Source: Prorocentrum cordatum (Eukaryota). From it: DNA of 53,403 nucleotides. This document shows, piece after piece, positions 25,960-36,500 of this stretch. Position numbers and translations under genes: made by a program. The first letter of the stretch is position 1. Each line of letters begins with the position of its first letter. Below the pieces are notes generated by a model. The model saw nothing but the letters and a program-made list of their open reading frames with translations, made no database searches and was not told the origin of the DNA. The stretch is taken from assembly GCA_963575745.1 (NCBI GenBank), contig CAUYUJ010000319.1, positions 62,001-115,403 of the forward strand. The letters run 5' to 3'.

Positions 25960-28900
25960 GGGCCCCCGGGGCCAAACTATATCCATATCCACCGCCCGCT
26001 TGGGCACCAGGACGCCGGTTCCCAGGCGGTGGATATGGATAAATCCCCGCCTCGCATCCTCGCTCCTGTGTCCCCCTTCTCTGTTCCTTGCCGTGGCGGC
26101 CCGTGCCGGCCCGCTTTTCCGTGCCGGCCCGTGCCGTGGTCCGAAGAAGAGCGGCGGCGGCCAATTCGCTCATGCCCATGATATCGGTCTCAGCTCGGCA
26201 TCACCCCAACATACTAATACTATGTGTGCGTCGCCCCCTCCAGGGGCGATGCGCGCACCGAGAAATCTTATAGTATATGCGTCGTGCGCGCTTTCTGGCC
26301 ACACCGCTCGGGAAACGATATACTACAAGATGGGTGTACTATATGTTCGGGTCGGGCGCGCGCCTCCAAGGAGGACATATTGTATTAGTATGTCTCTGTG
26401 CGTCCCATCATCAGTAGTGTGCGTCAAGCCACAGCTGCAGTGGTGAGCATCTCATGATAGAGGGGAAGAAGCAGCATCACAGGGGCCATGACCAAGGTTC
26501 GGCAGCCTGGGGGGGAAGTGAGAGGGGGCGGGCCTTCTCCGAAGGGTCGGAAGTCCCCCGGCCTTCGAGAAGTTTCCCAGGCCTTACCCGAAGACGCAGG
26601 CAGGTCCTCGGAAGGTTGGAGCGCTTCTGAGAAGCCCCGCCGCCCTCTGAGAAGGCCTTCTCCTTCTCACCTCCCCCCGTCGCTCGCCGCCGAACCATGA
26701 CCAAGATGTCGCGGGATCCTGTCGATGCCGAGCTTGGTCGTGGTCCATGTCGGCCGTGTCGATCTCGCGAGGATTATCCATGAGCTGACGCTGATAAAGA
26801 TCGGCGCTGACCAAGATCGGTACGACCGTTTCGCGTTCAGTCTTGGTCGTGGTCCCTGTTTTTCCCCCTCCAAGCAGGCAGTCATGTAACGCATGAACTT
26901 TCGGTCGGAAGAAGTAGGTAGGGAGGACGGAAAAGGTGAAGCCACTCGAATATTGAAGTAGGAAGGCGCTTAAAATATATTAGAATCTGGGACTCCCAAA
27001 ATTCCTACTTTCAACGACCGATGGGTATGTTTATGTCAGTGCTTGCTCCCCCGGAGGAAGCTGGAGACCGAGCTCGTGCACGCGGCCGTGAGTCCGGAGC
27101 GCACCAGTCTGAAGCATATCCCCACTATTGCGATTGGCATCGCCTTGTCTCGGGGCTGGTCATGGACGTTGCATCTCCGTCGGGGGCCTATTTCTGGTCC
27201 TGTCGATGGCAGTCTTCTCTTATATACTCCGACGTGGGTTCGATGCGGATTCGATGTGAATTCGGATTCGGTGCGCTCGGAATGGATTTGATGGACACCT
27301 GGCGCGACGGGGCAGACGAGATCCCCCGAAGATGTAGCATTAGATCTCAAGATTCTTGAGATCTTAGAGCGCGTCCCGAAGAGGTTGCCCTCGCCTTATG
27401 GTGTGCCAATCTCGGGGATAGGGATGAGCTCGAGGCTGGTTAGGAACCTGCTTCTGGCGCGGTGCTGACGCCGCTGTTCCTGTCCACCACCTTCGTGCAG
27501 GAGTCGGTGGACAAGTACCTTGCCAAGGTGGGAATCGGTGGGCGCGCCTCGGGGGGGAACTGAGAGGGAGCAGGCCTTCCCAGAAGGCGGCGGGGCGTCT
27601 CGGAAGCTTCCGTGCCCTGCGCGAAGCCTTTTTGTGAGCCCTCTCCGAGACCGCAGACGGCTTCTCCGAGGGCGCGATGGCTTCTGAGAAGCCCCGCAGC
27701 CTTCTGAAAAGACCTGCCCCCGCTCACTTCCCCCTGAGCTCGGCTGTCGAGAGGAAAACCTATTCATCGAGGATAAAAAGAACGACGTAGCCTCACTGAG
27801 GTCCCCATCTCTGCGTCGGGGATACGAGAGTTTGGGCGGTTTGGTTGGATACGTCCGCAGAAAAACAAAAGACCCCTCATCCCTAATGCTGTTGGCCCTC
27901 CTAATAATTTAGGTTCCCTCCCAAAGGGTTCGGGGTCCTGTTCCTGCTAATCGTACACGGCGCAAACATACGCTCTCGGAGCCCCTCGCGGATCTCCTTC
28001 TCGGATCGGCTCGCCGCTGGGCTCCCCACGCCAGGGGAGGGGGGGGGTCCAGCGCAGATTGATGGGCAAATTGTCCATCACCGCCATCAGTAGGAGGGGG
28101 AGGGGGTCCTCCTCCTCCTCTTTCTCCTCCTCCTCCTCCTCCTCCTCCTCCTCGTCCTCCTCCCCCCCTCCAACTTATGGTGGTGGTGGTCGTGGTGGTG
28201 GAAATCAGGCCCATCACAGATCTCTCCGAGAGCTCCGCGCGAAGCTCCGACAGCTCATGTGTTCTCATGTCTTTGACGGTGGGGGCGTCCGTTCAGGAAG
28301 GTGCGCCCGGGAGGCTGCGGGCCCTGGAGGATTCCTCATCCGACGAGGGCGGCGGTGATGCCCATGGCCGATCTCCGCGGTTGGAGTTCCATCGGCTTCC
28401 AGTCCCTGGGTTCCTTATCTGAGGGTTCTTTGTCTCACCGCCCACCAAACCACCCCAACCCGACCCGAAGGCCCCCATTTGCCCTCCCCCTCCCGAACCC
28501 GAAACTTGGGCCTTCGGGTTCGGCTGGGGTGGTCTGGTAGGCGGTCATTGTCCAATGCCCCCACCGCATTCGTTCTTCTATAAGGGCTACAGCTACTCCC
28601 GCACCAACAACCCGACGGTAAGCGTGTTGGAGGCGAAGCTGGCGCAGATCGAAGGAGGCGCGGGCGCCAGCGCCTTCGGCACAGGCATGGCGGCCACCAC
28701 CAGTGCCATCTGCGCCACCATGAAGACCGGGGACCACTGCGTGATCACCGATTGCTCGTACGGTGGGACTAATCGTTCCTGTCGGGAGTTCTTCACCCCA
28801 CTGGGGATGGAATTTACCTTCTGTGACTTCCGGGACCTCGATGTGATCAAGAAGGCCATGAAGCCGAACACGAAGCTGGTTTTCAGCGAGACTCCGGCGA

Positions 28901-30266
28901 ACCCAGTGCTGTCCCTGTGCGACCTCGACGAGATCTCGAAGATCGCAAAGGCGGGGGGCGCCAAGCACGTCGTGGACGCCACTTTCGCGACCCCTGTCAT
29001 GTGCAGGCCTTTGGACCACGGCGCAGACATGGTGATCCAGAGCCTGACCAAGTATTACGAGGGCCACAACATTATGACCGGGGGCGCCGTCATCTCAAAG
29101 GACAAGGAGATGGCAGACAAGGTCAAGTGGGTCCAGAACGTCCATGGCAACATCATCAACCCGTTCGCTGCGTTCATCATATTGCAAACCACCAAGACGA
29201 TGGCAGTCCGCGTGAAGCAGCAGAGCGAGACGGCGATGGCGATCGCCACTTTCCTGGAGCAACACCCCAAGGTCACCAAGGTCGTCTACCCTGGGCTGGC
29301 TTCTCATCCCCAGAAGGCCCTCGCTGACAAATACCACAGGGACGGTATCCACGGAGGCATGCTGTGGTTCGACGTGCAGGGCGGATCCGAGGCGGCGATT
29401 AAGCTCATGGATTCGATCAAGAGGCCGTGGAGCCTTTGCGAGAACTTGGGAGCGACGGAGAGCATCATCACCGCGTGTGCCGTGATGACTCACGCCAACA
29501 TGCTGAAGGAAGACCGCCTCAAAGTTGGCATTACCGATGGCTTCATTCGAGTATCTTGTGGTATCGAAGACACCGGTGATCTCATCGATGCTCTGAAGGA
29601 TGCCTTGGCAGCGTGCTGACCTCACTTGAACCGCACGTGCCTCTAGGGCAAAATTCGTGTGGTGTTTTAACTCTCTGCCGAGGGTCGATATTCACCAGTA
29701 GTTCTCAAGTTTTCATTTGAATTTTGGTCCCATCTGTGCCGCGACGTGTTGGTGCTGGATGGGGGCTGGTGGAGCGGTCAGCTAGAATTGGGGACCTCTT
29801 TGGGCGTGCAGCACGCTCGCTCCTGCGCGCACGCGTACGCGCACGCACGGGCGCACGAGCAGACGAGTTGGCATACGATACGGCGTGCAGTATTAGTACT
29901 ATCCACTTCCTTCAGGTCACATCGTTTTCAGCATGTGGCTGTACTTGTCGAGTACGAGTGGCAAAGAACAAACTCGATATGCGTAGCAGCAGGTTCCTAG
30001 TAATCGTAGTGTGGCGTGTTCGCTTATCTAGCAGGTACACTTGTGTTCGTCCAGCTTTAGGCGCTTGTCCATCATCAGTTGTCTGCTTGGAGCTTTCCTC
30101 TGACTTGCCTGCGGATGCATCTAAGACGCCTGCGGCGAACCACCGCAGCCTCCTGCTTTCGGAAGCGCTTATGTGGCCAGACGTTAGGACGACGTCTTGC
30201 CAAGCTGGTGGGCTAAGTGCTTCCCCCAACCGTGGTGCAAACCCTTCGAGAACATATGAGAGAGGA

Positions 30267-30334
<68 letters not shown>

Positions 30335-31888
30335 CCTTTTACAACGTGTCGGGGGTGGAGCGGTGCCAGCGGGGGCCACGCAACCTGGGGCTAGCACATC
30401 CACTTCGATTTCTCAAAGGGCAAAACGGGATGGGGGTTCGAAAACGGGATGGGGGTTCGATTTTCCAAAGGCAAGACACTTTGAACCAGGTTCGAAAGTC
30501 GATTCAGAACAGTCAAGTCGGCTCGAAACAATGGTAGCGTGAGCATTTAGTGCGGGAGTTCCTCGAACATATGGCTTGAGCCTGGCTTGAAATCGATTCC
30601 AAACAAAACAATAGGAACGCGAGCCTTCCGTGCGGGAATTACTCAAAACGACGACTTTGCACTTGGCTCGAAGTCGGTTCCAAACAATAGGAATCCGAGC
30701 GTTTTGTGCTGGATTTTCTCGAGAAGAGGCTTTGAGATCTGGTTCGAAGTCGGTTCGAGACGACGGGAAAGAGAGCACGTTGCACAGGACGTCCTCGAAC
30801 ACATGATTTGGAATTCGGTGCCAAATGAGTTCGGAACCAGTGGACGAGGAGCACCGGGATGTCACATATGTGCCAAGCTGCACTGATAATCGCGCCCAGG
30901 TAAGTGCAAGAGCTGTTTGGGGGACATATACATACAGTGCCGTTTTTAATACATGCTCCGCGTGCGGATCATGTGTTAAGAATGCAGGGATCTAGCATTT
31001 GAAACAACGATGAGTTCATGCATAAATTTATTCATACATTGCTCATGTATTAAAATCCTATATCCAAAAATCCCATGTATTAAAGACTACCCTGTAAGAT
31101 TGTTGAAAATGGTTCTGGCTTAGTAGTGGGCCAGCCCCCAGGGCCTCCCTAACACGGCCGAGGAGGCTCCCAAAACAGGGCTCCCGGGCGGGCCCATGGG
31201 AGCATCTCAAGGCGATGCTGGAAGTGTGGATTCCAACGCGGCGCTCTCGAGGCCTCTGGTAGGGTTCGCATGTGGCCCCCATATCTGGAAAAGTCGCGCG
31301 GGTGGGGAGGGCTGCGCCCACGAGTGCTGCAGAGCGCTCGGAACGTGCGGGTCTGGGCCCCTTCGGGGGCAAGTGCACTTCCCAGTGCAGACAACTCGAC
31401 GGGATCAGCGGGCATTCCACTCTGTGCCTACGTCACGTTGGCGAATCGTCCTCTCTCTACTTCAGGCTGACTCTTCCGCGCCGCCTCAGCTAGAGGCTAC
31501 ACCTGCAGTCTGGCGGACGAAGGGTCGGCTCCAGTTCTGCGTGTTCGAGTCATCAGATGTTGCTCAAACCATTTCGGTGTGGAGCTAAACCCGCTTCAAG
31601 TCTGTTGTGAGGTGGAGATGAGGGAGCGGGTGTGGCTGTGTAGTGGCATAACAGTTTGTGATGGTGTCGAACTTCCAGGTTTCCAATCGTGTGCAGTTTT
31701 CGGCACCAGACGGGGCGCGCCTGCATTCGTAGCCTGGTCCTCGGGGCTTGACAACACTTACTTTCGGATATCCCTGTGTGGCTTGGGTTGATTCGTAGGT
31801 CTTGATTGGAAGGCTCCCCCGTATCTCTGTGCATCTTTTTTCCTCCTCCTCCTCCTTCACCGTCATTGTCATCGTTGCTCGTTGACTT

Positions 31889-31919
<31 letters not shown>

Positions 31920-32922
31920 GTTTTCTCTATCTCTCTCTCTCTGTCTCTCTCGGCCCCTCTCGTTAACAACTACCTCTATCTTTGTCTGCTGCCGCTGCAA
32001 AGGTGCGCATGCTGAGCAAGTTTCGGCACCCGAACCTTGTGACCCTTCTGGGCTGGGGCCAGCAGGGCATGATGCACTATCGGTGAGCCCTCTCGGCAAT
32101 CCACCGTGACCCCCAGGCAAGGTGGAGGAGACCTAGAATGAGGGAAGTGGGGATGGGAGGGAGGGGAGGATGAGGGAGGCGGGAGTGCGAGGGGGAGGAG
32201 ACGGGTGCTGCTTGCACTGCAGGCTTGTAAGACGTTGCCTTGCGCCCGCGCGCGTGGCTCGGAGTCGGAGAAGCGCGGCAGAGGCGGGGAACAGGGGGCG
32301 GGGCATGTGCCGCGGGCGCAACCTTTTGGTGCGGCGGGTCCGCGTCCTCCTCCTCCTCCTCCTCCTCCTCCTCCTCCTCCTCCTCCCTCCTCCTCCTCCT
32401 CCTCCTCCTCCTCCTCCTCCTCCTCCTCCTCCTCCTCCCCCTCCCCCTCCCCCTTCTCTCTCTTCCTGTTGCTCCTGGTCCTCCTCCCTGTCCGCCTTCC
32501 GCGACTCGTGGGCGATGGTCGACGAGTGGCGCCGCGGCTCGACGCCCGAGCCTGTGACCAAGGGGAGGTCGGCCTTTCGCCCACGAGCCCACAACCCTGC
32601 AGCGACAGCACGGTGGTCGGCGAAGGGGCTCTTCGGAGGAGGAGGATGGAGGGGAGGAGCAACTTCGGGGTTCGGTGAGGCTCTGGGCCGCTTCTTCTCC
32701 TCCTGCTCCTCCGCCTCTCTTTCCCTGCCGCCCTCCTCGGGCTCATCAGAAGAGAATCTCGATGTCGGCATCTGGGGGAGTTCCGAACTGATCACGCGGC
32801 CCAGCCAGATTCGCTCTCTTCGAGGGGAAGGCCGATCTCGTCTACGAGTACCTTCCAGGCGGGGACCTCTTTTACCATGATCACGATGGGGAAGCCGAAG
32901 GATGATGATGACAAGTGTGCAG

Positions 32923-32956
<34 letters not shown>

Positions 32957-33419
32957 TGATGAGACATATGAGCATGAGGAAGAGGAGGATGACGAGGATG
33001 TGGAGGAATGGGATTTACGATCATGACCATTGCATAAACGGCGGTGGTGATGTGACGATCATGGTGTTGATGATGAGGACGGTTACGCTGACGGCGACGA
33101 CGATGACGACGACGATGACAACGGCGGCCATAATGTTATTGATTATGATGATGATCACGCGGGCGATGATGGTGATGATGACGAACTCGATCACGATCAC
33201 GACGATATTGATGTTCATGATTATACTGTTGTCGATTGCCATTACGATCATGCTGAGCATGATGAAGATGCTGATGATGATAATGCCGATGCTGATGGTG
33301 ATGATGATGATGATGATGATGATGATGCTGCCGCTGATGATGATGCTGTTCTCAATGATTGTGATGATGATGCTGCTGCTGATGACGAAGCTGACGCTGA
33401 TGATGCTGTGGTTGTTGCT

Positions 33420-33450
<31 letters not shown>

Positions 33451-33472
33451 ATGGTGATGGTGATGGTGATGG

Positions 33473-33565
<93 letters not shown>

Positions 33566-36500
33566 CTATGATAATGCTCACTCTGATGCTGGTGACGATG
33601 ATTGTGATAGTGATGGTGACGGTGATGCTAATGCGGATGTTTATGCCGTTGACGATTATGAGTGTGATTAGGGTTATGATGATGGTGACGATGGCGACGA
33701 ATGTGAACGTGATTCTATTTACGAGAACGAGCATGGTTATGCTAATGATGATGGTGGTGGTGTTGGCGACGACCGCAGACGACGACTATTGTTCGAGATC
33801 AGGCCATGTCCGGCGAGCCACGGAACAGGGAGAGAGAGAGGGGAGAGACGGAGACAGAGAGAGAGAGAGAGAGCAATGAGCTTGCGGCTGTGCCCCTGCC
33901 ATTGCGCGACGTGGGGCCTTTGCAAGACTTTGGGGCGTCGTGCCGTCGTGCCCTGTTGTCTTGATGGACCTTGCGGGCCTGCCTCTCAGTTTCGTGCCCT
34001 GCTTTGGGGCTGCGGGCTGGAGCTGTGCTTGCTCCCCCCCCCGGCTGTCGCCTCACCGAGGAGCTCCCGCTGCCTGTCTGCTCTGACCCGACCCGGCCTG
34101 CCCTGGCGCGGCAGGGCCAGCCGAGGGCGAGCCGCCGCGGGCCCCGTGGCAGCCTGCCGGCATGGAGCGGCGCCGCCCCTCAGCGCGCGGGAGCGCGGCG
34201 GCCGCCGGCGCGCCGCTGGCGCGCCGGCGGGCTCCTCCGCCTCGCCTTCGGGGGCGGCCCTGGCGGCCACGGCCCGCCGCGCCGCGCGGCCGCGCGGCGG
34301 CGGGGGCCCCCCCCCCGCCGGGCGCCCCGGCGCCGCCGCGGCGGGCGCGCCGCGCAGCGGCTCGCGCCGCGCGGCGGTGCGCGCGGCGCGGCCCCGCCGT
34401 AAAGCGCCACAGGGGGCCGAGGCTCAGCGGGCGGCGCGGCGAGGGCGGCTGGGCCTCGAGGTGCGCCGCCGCCGCCTGGCACGGCGCGCGCCCCCCCCCC
34501 CCCCGGGCGGCGTGAGGCGAGCGGCAGGGCGCCTCCGCGCCCCGCGCGGTGCCCACCCACCACAGGTCACCGAGCGGGTGCCCACCACTCGCAGAGTGCC
34601 CGTTCGCAAGCGTGGGAAGAACACATGTCCGCTCTGGTGTGATTCGTCGTAGCTCCTCCGCGGGGGGATCCAGGCCATGTGCGGGTAGTTACTTTGCGAG
34701 TAGTGGAGCGCGCTCGTCGACACAGGGTGCGCAGCTGGGGCCGCCCCGCGAGCGTCAGGTCGGGCGTGTCCTCCTACAGGCGGATGTAGGACGAAAGATA
34801 ACAACTACCCCCACAAAAATTCAGAAGTCATCCCAATTGGTAAACAAACATCGTCCCCAGACTATTTTTGTTCGTGTGGGGAGACATGCCCGACTCAACG
34901 CGAGCGGCGTCGAGCGCCTGATGCAGTCTGCGCTGCTCATGTGCCATCTGCTCCAGGTGCCGACAGCGGGCGGCGCGGCCCTGCGGCAGATTGCCTGAGG
35001 ATGGAGAGACGGCGCGACGACGAGGATGATCTTGATGGGGGTGGTGGTGGTGCTGCTGCTGATGATGCTGATGACGATGATGCGGACGAGTAGGAGTAGG
35101 AGTAGGCGTAGGCGTAGGAGTAGGAGTAGGAGTAGGAGTAGGAGTAGGAGTAGGAGTAGTAGGAGATAAGTTAGCCAGATCGAGCGAGGCAGAGAGCCCC
35201 GCCTACTCCCACCCTCCCCCCCCCAGCATGATACACAATTGTGGCACACTCTGACATTCGGATTGGAACGCGCTCCCACCTCGTCAACGTAAGGCTCTCG
35301 TGCGCGGCCCCGCTTCTGACGATCTGGCGAAGAGAAGGCTGCGCGGGCCGCGCAGGGGCGGGAGCGGCAAGACCTCCGGTGGGCGCGGTGACGACGGAGC
35401 GTGCGCCGTGGTGACGCAGCACTGCCGTTTGACCTTCCGTCCGCTCGCGCGTCGGAGAAGTTGCGTGCGACAGTTTCGCGCCGCGCTTGAGCGGGAGTTC
35501 GTGCTTCTAGAGGAGCGAACGCGGCGCCGATGCGGGAGCGACGCTTCGGCCTTGCGCGCTGGACGTGCGCCCCGTCCCAGTGCCGCCACGCCTTGTGCAC
35601 ATGGGCGTCGTAATGCTTAGGACGAGACGAGTCTCATTGGTTTTGTATTGCTTTTCCCGACAGGTATGGTGCGCATTCCAGATGTGGCCCCTATCGGCCG
35701 GTTAGGTGGCAGACAGGGGGTATGGGCGAATTCGGAGGAGCAAGGAGAGGGCGAGGGCCTTCCCGCCTTCATCTCAATTCGTCTTCATTCTGCACCGCAC
35801 TTTGTCCTGACCTCGCGGTCATCCCTCTTCCTGTCCCTGCTCACCCCCATTCTTCCTCCTTGGGCGGAGGGGGCGGGGGAAAGGGAGGGGGAGGAGGATG
35901 GGGAGGAGGATGAGGAGGAGGAGGAAGAGGAGGAGGAGGAGGAGGACCAGTGTAAACCCAATATCCGTCAACGACGTAGACATACACCCTCCCTCCAAGA
36001 TCCTTTGTTGTCAGAGGCCCCATACAAGGGCTCATTTCCATCGAGGGCATTGCACCGTTGGGGGACAACCGTGTGAACATCTTGAAGCGTGCCAGCACAC
36101 CGTTCTCAGGACGTCAGCGCCACGAGTTAACCTGACTGGTACGTCTTGGCGATCCAGAGTCGTGCCAGAACTCCATTCCTGGGACTCCAACGCCGCGAGT
36201 CAACGTAACGGCAGCGCCTTGACAGTCCTGCATCGCTCCAAAGCATTATTCCTGGTACGTTAACCATGAGAACCAGTGGAACTCATGCAAATGTTTGGAA
36301 TGAATTTGCGCGCCGCTAAGGTGAGAGCCACGTTTTGAAAACGAACCGCCATCAATCCATGAAGCTCTTTAGAACGAATGCGCGCGGCGCCAAGGCGAGA
36401 ACCACATTTTGAAAACGACCCACCCTCAATCCGTAAAGCTCTTGCATTTTTCAACGAATGTGCGCGGCGCTACGGCGAGAGCCACATTTTGAAAACGAAC

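Noticed and set aside
28555..28584. ATG 28555 as start of an intronless or 5'-truncated retrocopy
   Set aside because: The conserved N-terminal part is found in upstream exons joining at taag|GGC (28585), so [10 protein letters not shown] is intronic.
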